Positions 32,735 to 42,120 of a stretch of DNA of 64,000 nt are shown here, piece by piece. The first letter of the stretch is position 1, and every line of letters begins with the position of its first letter. The notes beneath the pieces are model-generated. The model saw nothing but the letters and a program-made list of their open reading frames with translations, was not told where the DNA came from and did not search any database. Source of the DNA: Polyangiaceae bacterium (GTDB lineage: Bacteria; Myxococcota_A; Polyangia; Polyangiales; Polyangiaceae); NCBI GenBank assembly GCA_965222375.1, contig CBDCTZ010000005.1, positions 512,001 through 576,000 of the forward strand. The letters run 5' to 3'. Both the position numbers and the translations under genes were made by a program.

Positions 32735-32765
32735 GCGCATCTACCCGACGGCTGCGCTCGGGGAA

Positions 32766-34199
32766 CTAGCCGGTACCGATGAGCCTCGTAAGGAGCTGAC
32801 TCACTACGCGGGGATCCGCCGACCCGCCCGTCTCCCTCATGACTTGCCCGACAAAGAACCCGAGCATTCCTTTCTTGCCGCCACGAACCTGCTCGGCTTG
32901 CGCCGGATGTGCTGCTATCAGCTGCTCGCAGATCGGCTTCAGATCCGCCTCGCTGGAGACCACTTTGAGACCGCGTTCGTCGACGATCTCCTTGGGGCTC
33001 CGGTCCGTGCCTTCCATCGCGGCGAAGACCTCCTTTGCCTGCTTGCCACTGATCGCGCCCTCGTCGACGAGTTTGAGCAGCCCAGCGAGCTGAGCCGCAG
33101 TCACAGAGAAGCGCGCCTGGGCGCCGTGAATCTCCGCGTTCTTCAGAACCTCGGTACCGACCCAATTCGCCAGCTTGACTGGCTCAGCACCCGCCGCCCG
33201 GGCCGTTTCGAATAGCTCCACGGTTTTGGGGTGCTGGGTTAGCACCCGAGCCGCCTGGGCACTGAGCCCTAGCTCTTCTTCGTAGCGCTTACGTCGAGCC
33301 AACGGCAGTTCGCCTACGCGCGCGCGTTCTTCTTGAATTGTGTGCTCGCCGATGCACAGAGGCCGCAGGTCCGGGTCCGGGAAGTAGCGATAGTCGTGAG
33401 CGTCCTCTTTCGAGCGCAGGCTGCGAGTGACGTTTGCGTCGGGGTCGAAGCTTCGGGTTTCTTGGATCACCTTCTTGCCCGCGTCCAGCACCGCCGTCTG
33501 GCGGTTGATTTCCAGATCGATGGCGCGAGCCAGAAAGCGAAAGCTATTGAGGTTTTTCAATTCTGCGCGAGTGCCCAAGGTTTCGGTCCCTACCGGCCGC
33601 AAGCTGACATTGGCATCACAGCGCAAACTGCCCTGCTCTAGGTTGCCATCGTTCACTCCGAGAAACACCAATATGTCGCGAATCGCTCGCATGTAGGCAG
33701 CCGCCTCGGCAGCGGAACTGATTTCTGGTTCGCTAACGATTTCGATCAGTGGCACGCCCGCCCGGTTCAAATCCACGCAGGACACTCCGCCGGTGCCATG
33801 CACGCTCTTGCCGGCGTCCTCCTCCATATGCACTCGCGTGATGGCAATCCGCTTCTTGTCGCCATCGACGTCGATGTCGACGAACCCGCGGTTGGAAAAT
33901 GGCTGAGCATACTGGCTTATCTGGTAGCCCTTGGGCAGATCCGGGTAAAAGTAGTTCTTGCGTGCGAACACGCTGGTCTCAGAAATCTCACAGCCAAGAG
34001 CCAGTGCCGCCCGGACGGCCATCGCGACTGCCGCGCCGTTGAGGACTGGAAGCGCGCCGGGCAGACCCAGACAAACTGGACACACGTTGACGTTGGGTGG
34101 CCGCCCGTAGGCGGCTGAGCAACCGCAGAACAACTTCGACTGGGTCGCGAGCTGCGCGTGAATCTCCAGCCCAATCGTCGGCGTGTAGGTCGCAGCCAT
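32766..34199 (-). CDS. gatB: Asp/Glu-tRNA amidotransferase subunit B
   Basis: IGLEIHAQL, RKNYFYPDLPKGYQISQ, HMEEDAGK, RCDANVS, DYRYFPDPDL. Confidence 0.98.
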   Translation of the reverse strand: MAATYTPTIGLEIHAQLATQSKLFCGCSAAYGRPPNVNVCPVCLGLPGALPVLNGAAVAMAVRAALALGCEISETSVFARKNYFYPDLPKGYQISQYAQPFSNRGFVDIDVDGDKKRIAITRVHMEEDAGKSVHGTGGVSCVDLNRAGVPLIEIVSEPEISSAAEAAAYMRAIRDILVFLGVNDGNLEQGSLRCDANVSLRPVGTETLGTRAELKNLNSFRFLARAIDLEINRQTAVLDAGKKVIQETRSFDPDANVTRSLRSKEDAHDYRYFPDPDLRPLCIGEHTIQEERARVGELPLARRKRYEEELGLSAQAARVLTQHPKTVELFETARAAGAEPVKLANWVGTEVLKNAEIHGAQARFSVTAAQLAGLLKLVDEGAISGKQAKEVFAAMEGTDRSPKEIVDERGLKVVSSEADLKPICEQLIAAHPAQAEQVRGGKKGMLGFFVGQVMRETGGSADPRVVSQLLTRLIGTG

Positions 34200-34229
34200 G
34201 GATTGAGCGCCCACCCGGAGTCGCGCAGA

Positions 34230-34892
34230 CTAGTGGTGCTTGTCCCGGTCCACACCGGGGTGCGTGGACTCGCCGGGCTCATGGCGGGGGTTCTGCGTCA
34301 GCTGGGTTCCATCCCGTCCCTTGAAGGACATCAGAATGTCCTTCTCGTAGATGAACTGATCCCGTGAGTCGTAGGCCGTCGCGTGAATGCCCGTGTCCAT
34401 TCGAATTGCATCGCAGGGACATGCCTCGACGCAAAACCCACAGAACACACAACGCAGCTCATCGATGACGAAGCGCTTGGGGAATCGCTCGTAGCCCCGC
34501 CTGGGATCGCCCTCCGCGTACTCTCCAGCGTCGATGTGGATGCACTGGGCTGGACAGGCCGTGGAACAGCAAAGGCAGGCCACGCAGCGCGGGGAGCCAT
34601 CCTCACGGTGGGTTAGGCGGTGCAAGCCCCGGAAGCGTGACGGATAGGGCCGTCGCTGCTCCGGGTAGGAGATGCAATTGATGCCATCCTCGACACCTTC
34701 GAGAACGGGATCATTGCGTTGGGACAGAGCCATCTCCTTCGTGTTCTTGAAGAAGTGCTGCATGGTGAGCCCTAGCCCCTTGGTGATCTCCGGCACGTAG
34801 GTCTGTACTCCGGCGGAGCGCACCGGTCGGCTCACGACCTTGCCGGTGACCTTGTTGGGGCCGAGGGCTTGATTCGGAGTGATGCTACTCAT
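34230..34892 (-). CDS. nuoI: NADH-quinone oxidoreductase subunit I
   Basis: YPEQ, RFRGLH, CVACLCCSTACP, CVFCGFCVEACP. Confidence 0.93.
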   Translation of the reverse strand: MSSITPNQALGPNKVTGKVVSRPVRSAGVQTYVPEITKGLGLTMQHFFKNTKEMALSQRNDPVLEGVEDGINCISYPEQRRPYPSRFRGLHRLTHREDGSPRCVACLCCSTACPAQCIHIDAGEYAEGDPRRGYERFPKRFVIDELRCVFCGFCVEACPCDAIRMDTGIHATAYDSRDQFIYEKDILMSFKGRDGTQLTQNPRHEPGESTHPGVDRDKHH

Positions 34893-34902
34893 GACTGTTC
34901 CC

Positions 34903-36699
34903 TCACGCGCTCATGCGCGCGGATTTGGTGCCCCCCATCGAGGCCGCAAACTTCTGGGCGCTGCTGACGACCATGCGTTTCTTTTCCGCTGGCGACAGCA
35001 TGAACCGGATGAAGGCCACCATGGCCACGATGCCGACCACTGCAATCACCACCTGCGTGATATCTCCGGCAACCCGCAGGCCGCTCATGACGTTGGTGCT
35101 GGCGGACGCCGCGGCCAAGATGAGCAGACCCGTCACAAGGATGTTGACGAGGGACGCCGGCAAGAGCTTGCGCCAGCCTAGGCGCATCAGCTGATCGTAG
35201 CGGAACCGCGGCAGCGTCCAGCGGATGGTGATCTGCAACCAGCAGAGCAGCACCGTCTTTCCAATGAAAGCGAGCACGCCGAGAATGACCACGGATACGT
35301 GGGTCAGGGATTGCCGGACGATCACGGTATCGCCGATCGCCAAGAAGAGTCCGTCCCGTTCGATGAAGGGGAGATGCCAGCCACCCAGGAATATGGCGGC
35401 CATGAGGGCGCTGGAGGCGACGACGGCCACATACTCCGCGAAGAAGAACATCGCGAACTTCATCCCGGAGTACTCCGTGAAGTACCCAGCCACGATTTCG
35501 CTCTCGCCCTCGGGAATGTCGAAGGGGATTCGCTTGCTCTCCGCGACAGCTGCGGCAAAGAAGAGGAAGAATGCTACGGGCTGAACGAAAATGCCCCATG
35601 CGTTCTCTGCCTGCCAGCGAATCATCTCGTCGATCCGAAGGGTGCCGTAGATCATGATCGCGCCGATGAGCGTCAGGCCCAAGGTGACCTCGTACGACAC
35701 CATTTGACTCGCGGCGCGTAGCCCGCCAAGCAAGCTGTACTTGTTGTCGCTCGCCCAGCCCGCCAGCGCGGCCCCGACGATCCCGGTGCCCGCGAGAGCA
35801 AAAAAGTACAAGATGCCAACGTTGACGTCGACGACCTGGAGAGACACCGCGCCATCCGTGCACACGCCCTCTCGCGGCACCATTCGAGCGATGGACGAGA
35901 AGTCGATCTTTCCCTCTTTGCTGCCGAAACAAAGGGTATCGCCGAAGGGAACGACCGCGAGCACCACCAGGGCCGGGAAGAAGGAGATGAAAGGCGCCAG
36001 ACTGTGCAACAGCCGGTCGGCATTAGGTGGAATGAAGTCCTCCTTGAAGATCGTCTTCACGCCGTCTGCGGCTGGGTGCAGCAGCCCGAACAACCGAAGC
36101 CCCACCCGCGGTTCGCTGAAGCTGGATGCGGCATAGATGCCACCGGCTACGACGGCGAGGGCGAACAAGGCCGGGCTAGCACCATAGGCGAATTCGCGAA
36201 TCGTCACTCCGATGGGCGTGCCGCGCAGCAGCCCGGAAACCAACAGGGCGAGGGCATGGGCGCCTAGTCCGCCGTATACGAAGATGCGCGGGTCCCCAAG
36301 CCAGGCGAAGAAGCGGTCCAGATTTGCGACGACAGCGCCTGCGCTCGACTGAACGCCGCGCGCCCGCACCCGACCGGCGATGGCCAAGCCCGTGAGCCAA
36401 GTTGCTGCAATCGCGAGATGAGTGAACACGACGGCGCGACCCAAGCGTTCGATTCCCTCAGCCTTATTGCTCACGAAGTAGAAGATGACGGCTCCTGCAA
36501 GCATCAGTGCTGGCCCAGCGACGAGAGCTTGCGCCACGCGCTGGGGCAGCCACACCACCGCGCGGTTTGGGCCGACGCGATCCGCAATGACCGCACCCTG
36601 TCGCCGATCCAACCAGGTAAGTACTACCGCCACGTTCATGCCGAACATGACGACGAATGTCGCTTTCAGCACGAATGAGATCAGCAATCCGGTCGTCAT
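34903..36699 (-). CDS. nuoH: NADH-quinone oxidoreductase subunit H, unusually long (~598 aa)
   Basis: RVGPNR, GLLHPAADGVK..KED, SDNKYSLLGGLRAASQMVSYE, RIPFDIPEGESE, EYSG, PRFRYDQL. Start ATG 36699 overlaps the nuoG stop. Confidence 0.92.
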   Translation of the reverse strand: MTTGLLISFVLKATFVVMFGMNVAVVLTWLDRRQGAVIADRVGPNRAVVWLPQRVAQALVAGPALMLAGAVIFYFVSNKAEGIERLGRAVVFTHLAIAATWLTGLAIAGRVRARGVQSSAGAVVANLDRFFAWLGDPRIFVYGGLGAHALALLVSGLLRGTPIGVTIREFAYGASPALFALAVVAGGIYAASSFSEPRVGLRLFGLLHPAADGVKTIFKEDFIPPNADRLLHSLAPFISFFPALVVLAVVPFGDTLCFGSKEGKIDFSSIARMVPREGVCTDGAVSLQVVDVNVGILYFFALAGTGIVGAALAGWASDNKYSLLGGLRAASQMVSYEVTLGLTLIGAIMIYGTLRIDEMIRWQAENAWGIFVQPVAFFLFFAAAVAESKRIPFDIPEGESEIVAGYFTEYSGMKFAMFFFAEYVAVVASSALMAAIFLGGWHLPFIERDGLFLAIGDTVIVRQSLTHVSVVILGVLAFIGKTVLLCWLQITIRWTLPRFRYDQLMRLGWRKLLPASLVNILVTGLLILAAASASTNVMSGLRVAGDITQVVIAVVGIVAMVAFIRFMLSPAEKKRMVVSSAQKFAASMGGTKSARMSA

Positions 36700-38303
36700 G
36701 GCGTCGCCTCCACACTGGTCGCGTTGCCCTCGAGAGCCGCGCCTGCATCTGGCGCCATCGCACGCCGCATGTCGGACAACTTGCCAATGACCATCTTGTG
36801 TCCTAGCGCTGCGCCGAGAGCAGCGACGAGCTTCCAAGCGGGTTGACTCTCTCCTTGGGGAAAGAGAGCGCGTTCACTCTCTTGCGCAAGCCCTTTGGCA
36901 TTGACGAAGGTCCCATCGCATTCGGCCCAGCTGGATGCAGGAAGAACGACGGCAGCCGCGCGGGACAGGGGCCCATCGTGAGTCGACAGCGTGACCAACA
37001 CCTTTGCTCTACTCAAAGCGTCCGCCCGGTCCGGATCCGGAAGTGCCGAGCCCAGAGCCACTACATGAGTAATTCGCCCCTCTTCCAGCGACTTCAAGAG
37101 GACCGGCATGCTGAGAGGCGGCGTACTGGTGCACATGGCGGTGACACCGGCAGCGTTGGGGTTCTTGTCGCGATGCCGCAGGATATCGTCCCCTTCCCCA
37201 TCCGGCTTGCCGGTGACGAAGAGGTGGCCCGTGCCCAAGTAGTCCCGAGCGAGAGTCAGCAATGCGAAGTTGTCTTCGTTGCTGTGTTCGGCGCTCAGCA
37301 CCACCCCGATGCTGTCCGCGGGCACTCCCTTCATCAACTTGGCAACACGCTTGAGAGCCGCCGTCATCGATGCGGGTTTTCCGCCGATTTTCGCTTTTAG
37401 CACTCTGCCCTCATGAATGCGGGCGTAGTCCAACATGCCCTCGTCGCACATCCAGTATTGGTTCACATCTGAGTTTTCCCGAGGGCGGTAGCGCTGCACT
37501 TGCTGGGAGCGCGGATCGTAGTCCGTAAAGGAGTTGCAACCCGTTGCGCAGCCGACGCAGACGCTGCGTACGCTGCGCAGGAACCACACCCGCGCTTTGA
37601 AGCGGAAGTCCGTTGCTGTGAGCGCCCCGACTGGACACACGAATTCCGTCATCAGGGTGTACGGGTGATCGAGCTGTCGCCCCGGCGACACGACGATTTC
37701 GTTCAAGTTGCCACGCTCTCGTACGTCCAGGACCGGATCCTTGGCAACTTCATCACTGAAACGGACGCAACGCGTGCACACGATGCAGCGTTCCGCGTCG
37801 TAAACGATGGTGGGGCCGAAGACCTGCGCTTTCGGTTTGTGTATCGGCTCGTCGCGCATGCGCTTTTTCGTGCCCTGATGCTCGAGCCAATAGTCTTGCA
37901 GCCGACACTCACCAGCTTGATCGCAAATCGGGCAATCCACGGGGTGATTCAGAAGCAGAAGCTCCTGGACAGCCGCCCGAGCGTGGCTCACGTGAGGGCT
38001 CGACTCGCTCAGAACCTCCATGCCCTCCGCTGGTCGCATTTGGCAGGCCGGCTGAAGCTTGGGCTTCTTCTGATCGACGTACTCCTGCTTGTCAGCATCC
38101 CACTCCAGGACCGAGAGCATCATCGGAGCCCGACCTGGGGGTGGCTTCACTTCAACCAAGCACATGCGGCAGTTGGCAGCGATGGACAGACCCGGGTGCC
38201 AGCAATAATGCGGAATGTCGACGCCGGCGCGGTGGGCAGCTTCGATGATGGTCTCCCCCGCTTCGAAGGGGATCTCTCTGTCGTCTAGTTTGAAGGTAGG
38301 CAT
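36696..38303 (-). CDS. nuoG: NADH-quinone oxidoreductase subunit G, short form
   Basis: IPHYCWHPGL..NCRMCLVE, NHPVDCPICDQAGECRLQD, CIVCTRC, CPVGAL, CVGCATGC. Confidence 0.9.
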   Translation of the reverse strand: MPTFKLDDREIPFEAGETIIEAAHRAGVDIPHYCWHPGLSIAANCRMCLVEVKPPPGRAPMMLSVLEWDADKQEYVDQKKPKLQPACQMRPAEGMEVLSESSPHVSHARAAVQELLLLNHPVDCPICDQAGECRLQDYWLEHQGTKKRMRDEPIHKPKAQVFGPTIVYDAERCIVCTRCVRFSDEVAKDPVLDVRERGNLNEIVVSPGRQLDHPYTLMTEFVCPVGALTATDFRFKARVWFLRSVRSVCVGCATGCNSFTDYDPRSQQVQRYRPRENSDVNQYWMCDEGMLDYARIHEGRVLKAKIGGKPASMTAALKRVAKLMKGVPADSIGVVLSAEHSNEDNFALLTLARDYLGTGHLFVTGKPDGEGDDILRHRDKNPNAAGVTAMCTSTPPLSMPVLLKSLEEGRITHVVALGSALPDPDRADALSRAKVLVTLSTHDGPLSRAAAVVLPASSWAECDGTFVNAKGLAQESERALFPQGESQPAWKLVAALGAALGHKMVIGKLSDMRRAMAPDAGAALEGNATSVEATP

Positions 38304-38324
38304 CGCATTTCCAGGACTACGCGA

Positions 38325-39539
38325 TTAGCGGTCACACTCCCCACCAATCATGTTCAGGGAACCGAAGCAGGGCACCACGTCGGGCATCATGCGGCCGGTG
38401 ATGATCCGCTCGAGACCACTCGTAATGAAGAAGCATGGCGGCCGGATGCGCACGCGCTGAGGCGTGCCGCTGCCGTCACTCACCAGGTAGAATCCGAGTT
38501 CGCCGTTGCCGCCTTCCGTGAAGGAATACACCTCACCGGCGGGGATCTTCAGCCCCTCCATCACGATCTTGAAGTGTTGAATCGTGCCTTCGATGCTGCT
38601 GTACACCTCGTCCTTTGGCGGTAGCACGACGCGCGGATCTTCCACATTCACAGTCCCCTCGTCGGCCATGCGCTCTAGGCACTGCTCGATGATGCGGGCG
38701 CTTTGCTTCATTTCCTCGATTCGAACGATGAAGCGGTCCAGGCAATCACTCTGCTGTCCCACCGGGACGTCAAACTCCACCTCGCCGTACTTCATGTATG
38801 GCGAGGCTTTGCGCACGTCGTAGGGCACTCCAGCGGCCCGCAGGCTCGGTCCCGTCCACCCCAGGCTGACGGCGTCTTCGGCACTGATCACGCCGACGTT
38901 CTCGAGGCGGTCGAGGAAGATCCGGTTGCCCATGAGCAGCCGCTCGACTTCGTCCATCACGCTCAGCACCTGCCTCACCACCGCGCGGGCGTGCTCTTTG
39001 AATCCGTCCGTGGGCGGATGCGCCATGCCACCAACGCGACCAAAACTGTGCGTGAGCCGGGCGCCGCACTCTTCCTCGAATACGTCCCAGATCATTTCCC
39101 GCGCCTTGACCATCCACAGAAAGGGCGTAAAGGCGCCTAGCTCCATCGCCATGGCACCGTCGCAGGTCAGGTGGTCGGCGATCCGAGCGAGCTCACCGAG
39201 CGCCATCCGGTACCACTGACAACGCTCCGGCACCTCGATTCCCAACGCCTTTTCACAGGCCAAGGCAAAGCCGACGTTGTTGAGCATCGGGGAAACGTAG
39301 TTGCAGCGATCCACGTAGGGGAAAACTTGGCTCCAGTTTCCCCGCTCGCACATCTTCTCGAACCCACGGTGCAAGTAACCGACCTGCACGTCACAACGCT
39401 CGATATTTTCCCCGGAAAGCTCCATCACGATGCGCACCGTGCCGTGCATCGCGGGATGCGCCGGCCCGACGTTCAGCAGCATCGGCTCTGCGCTGACTTC
39501 GATCTCGGACGCGTCCAGGTCTTGGTCTAAGGGTTCCAT
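38325..39539 (-). CDS. nuoD: NADH-quinone oxidoreductase subunit D
   Basis: GPAHPAMHGTVR, GYLHRGFEK, DRCNY, GELGFY, terminal GECDR. Confidence 0.96.
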   Translation of the reverse strand: MEPLDQDLDASEIEVSAEPMLLNVGPAHPAMHGTVRIVMELSGENIERCDVQVGYLHRGFEKMCERGNWSQVFPYVDRCNYVSPMLNNVGFALACEKALGIEVPERCQWYRMALGELARIADHLTCDGAMAMELGAFTPFLWMVKAREMIWDVFEEECGARLTHSFGRVGGMAHPPTDGFKEHARAVVRQVLSVMDEVERLLMGNRIFLDRLENVGVISAEDAVSLGWTGPSLRAAGVPYDVRKASPYMKYGEVEFDVPVGQQSDCLDRFIVRIEEMKQSARIIEQCLERMADEGTVNVEDPRVVLPPKDEVYSSIEGTIQHFKIVMEGLKIPAGEVYSFTEGGNGELGFYLVSDGSGTPQRVRIRPPCFFITSGLERIITGRMMPDVVPCFGSLNMIGGECDR

Positions 39540-39553
39540 TGACTCGATATTCC

Positions 39554-40168
39554 TCAGCGCATCCGTTCCAGATCGGTGGCGACCAACGGCTCGTCGTCAT
39601 CGCCAACCCGGTCGAAGCTCTGGCGTCCAAAGGGCATCCCCTCGTCGGGGCCAAAGGGCGGAAGCTTCTCCAGGCCCGGTTCCTCCCGATAGGGCACCAG
39701 GGGCTGGATCTTGTTGGCGGGGTAGTCTTTGCGCAGCGGGTGACCGACGAACTCCGGGTACATCAAGATGCGTCGCAGGTCCGGGTGACCTGCGAAACGC
39801 ACGCCAAACATGTCGAAAGCCTCGCGCTCAGCCCAATTCGCGGAGCCCCAGAGCTCCGTCAAACTGTCAATCTCCGCGCCGTCGCCCTCTTCGTCCCCTA
39901 CGCGGCTCTTGATGCGCAGGCGGTGCCCTTTCGAGAGGGAGTGCAAATGGGCCACGACCTCGAAACGCGGTTCACGATCCGGGTAGTCGACGCAGGTGAG
40001 GTCGACGAGCATTTCCATGCCTGCTTTGGGGTCGTCACGCAAGAAGCGCGCGACCCGAAGCCAGGCTTTGGGAGCGATCACGGCTGTTTCATCCCCATGT
40101 TGTGCATGGGTCTCCACGACGTCGTCGCAAAATTCCGATTGCAGTAGTTCAAGTAACGCTTTCGCCAT
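39554..40168 (-). CDS. nuoC: NADH-quinone oxidoreductase subunit C
   Basis: ANWAEREAFDMFGVRFAGHPDLRRILM..GHPLRKDYP. Confidence 0.96.
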   Translation of the reverse strand: MAKALLELLQSEFCDDVVETHAQHGDETAVIAPKAWLRVARFLRDDPKAGMEMLVDLTCVDYPDREPRFEVVAHLHSLSKGHRLRIKSRVGDEEGDGAEIDSLTELWGSANWAEREAFDMFGVRFAGHPDLRRILMYPEFVGHPLRKDYPANKIQPLVPYREEPGLEKLPPFGPDEGMPFGRQSFDRVGDDDEPLVATDLERMR

Positions 40169-40185
40169 CGAAAACTCCTCGGCGC

Positions 40186-40776
40186 TCAGACCGGGCCGCC
40201 ATCCTTGCCGCGGCGAAGCGGAACCACACCCAGGTCCGGGTGGGCCACAGGGTCGAAGCGAGGCTTCACCACTGCCGGGCGACGATCACCGCTCTGGATC
40301 TTGTCTTGGAGCAGCATCAACCCGTCGAGCACCGCCTCGGGGCGGGGCGGACAGCCCGGAATGTACACGTCGCAGGGGATGATCTTGTCGATCCCCGCCA
40401 CGCAAGCGTAGTTGTCGTAAAAGCCACCCACGCTGGCGCAGGTCCCGAATGCCAACACCCACTTGGGCCCTGCCATTTGCTCGTAAATGCGCTTCAACAC
40501 CGGTGCCTGGCGCTGCACGATGGTCCCCACTACCCATAGCAAATCGCTCTGCCGGGGCGAAAAGCGTGGCGCCTCGGCACCGAACCGAGCCAGGTCGAAG
40601 CGGGGACCGGTCACCGCCATGAACTCCATCCCGCAGCAAGCGGTGACGAAGGGGTACATAAAAAGGGAGTACTTCTGCGCCCACGCCAGAACGTCTTTGA
40701 CGCGGGTAGTTGCGAATCCTGCGCCCTGCCCGGTTTCGATGATCTCCTGGGTCGTCGGCTGTTTCAGCTCTCCCAC
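40186..40776 (-). CDS. nuoB: NADH-quinone oxidoreductase subunit B
   Basis: TACCGMEFM, SPRQSDL, FGTCASVGG, DVYIPGCPPRPE. Start reassigned to GTG 40776. Confidence 0.95.
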   Translation of the reverse strand: MGELKQPTTQEIIETGQGAGFATTRVKDVLAWAQKYSLFMYPFVTACCGMEFMAVTGPRFDLARFGAEAPRFSPRQSDLLWVVGTIVQRQAPVLKRIYEQMAGPKWVLAFGTCASVGGFYDNYACVAGIDKIIPCDVYIPGCPPRPEAVLDGLMLLQDKIQSGDRRPAVVKPRFDPVAHPDLGVVPLRRGKDGGPV

Positions 40777-41126
40777 TCGAGGGCTCCCTTCTTCCAGCAG
40801 TACGCGAGGGCGACCAGCAGTGCGACGATGAACGCCACCATGGTGGCAAAGCCTGTCCAGCCAAGTCCCTTGAAGAGCGCAGCCCACGGATAGATGAACA
40901 CGACCTCGATGTCGAACACGACGAAGAGAATCGCGGTCAGGTAGAACTTCACGCTCAGCTTCACGCCCCTTGCCCCGGAAGTGTCGTTGCCGCACTCGAA
41001 GGGCATCATCTTCTCGGCACTAGGGTTCTTCGCGGCACCGAGGAACTGACCGCCACCGAACATCACGAGGCATATCGTCCCTGCGATGAGGAACATGATG
41101 AACATGGGCAAGTAGAGTTCGAGCAT
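40764..41126 (-). CDS. nuoA: NADH-quinone oxidoreductase subunit A
   Basis: PFECG, KFYLTAILFVVFDIE, KKGALEW. Confidence 0.96.
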   Translation of the reverse strand: MLELYLPMFIMFLIAGTICLVMFGGGQFLGAAKNPSAEKMMPFECGNDTSGARGVKLSVKFYLTAILFVVFDIEVVFIYPWAALFKGLGWTGFATMVAFIVALLVALAYCWKKGALEWES

Positions 41127-41520
41127 TGTCGCCTTGGGCCACCGGCCATTGGGGGTATGGGGCGTTCGGGGCTTTTTCCAAAGCCTCGAATCATTTCAAC
41201 CAGATGGCTGCACACCGCATCTACCACAGGGCCCGGCCCGCTTCCTAGGGGCACAGCACGCCAAGAGCGCGCCAACTTGCTTCGTGATTTCAAGCGCTTG
41301 AGAGCGGCAGCCGGGTGCCGGACCGAATCCCTGCGCCGAAAGCTGCCGCTGCGGGACCTCTCCAGCGCCGATTGCCGGCTTGTCACCCAGCCCTGGAGAC
41401 GCGCGCCAGCTTGGCAGGACCGGCCTTTGGGAGGGCGACCTTGGCCGCCAATTCGCGGGCCTTGCTCGTGGCACGACGGTTGCTCTGCGCGGCTCAGCAA
41501 CCCGAGCCAAGGACTGACTC

Positions 41521-42105
41521 ATGAACGTTCACCTGATCGCACCTCTCATCGCAGCAAGCATTGGCCTCATCCCCGCACCAACCCACGCCCAACCCACGCA
41601 GGGTAATGGCGACGCCGCGGGACCGCGCGGCAAGCGCAACGCAACACACCTCGCTGCGCCGGGCGCCAAGTCGCGACGCAAACCTCCCACGCGAAGACCC
41701 CGAGCGATGCCCCGCCGCGGGCCCCGTCCTCCAGCGCCGCCCCCCCCGGCAAAGGCTGCTCGGTTCCAGACATTGACGGCTGTCAATGTGGTCATTTCTG
41801 ACCAGTCGACTGTTGGAAAGAAACGTAGCCAAAGCTTCTTGTTGCGCCTGGATGGCCGCGGGCGAGCGCGAGTGAAACTCGACGCTGAAACGCGAAGGAT
41901 AGAAGTCAGCGTGCGCCACGGTGGGCCGCCAAGCCGGCCAGGCTTGGTGATCGAAGTCTCGCGTCACGAGCACGGGAGGGGTCGTCCCAGCCGCGCCATG
42001 CACGTCGAAGCCAGCGTGCGCCTGAAAGCTGGCGCCAGCGCGACTGTTGCACGCCTACGTAGTCCCGACGGCACCAGCACCGAGGTCAACGTCCAAGCAC
42101 GTTGA
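41521..42105 (+). CDS. Secreted basic hypothetical protein
   Basis: Signal peptide, Pro/Arg-rich linker and beta-rich C-terminal domain. Confidence 0.55.
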   Translation: MNVHLIAPLIAASIGLIPAPTHAQPTQGNGDAAGPRGKRNATHLAAPGAKSRRKPPTRRPRAMPRRGPRPPAPPPPAKAARFQTLTAVNVVISDQSTVGKKRSQSFLLRLDGRGRARVKLDAETRRIEVSVRHGGPPSRPGLVIEVSRHEHGRGRPSRAMHVEASVRLKAGASATVARLRSPDGTSTEVNVQAR

Positions 42106-42120
42106 GCGCGGCAGCGCCGA

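Noticed and set aside
34889..35932. Long alternative-frame and antisense ORFs (also e.g. 16604-17752, 26473-27762, 53014-54174)
   Set aside because: Shadow ORFs expected from high-GC codon bias over well-supported genes; low-complexity Arg/Pro/Gly or antisense-type composition.
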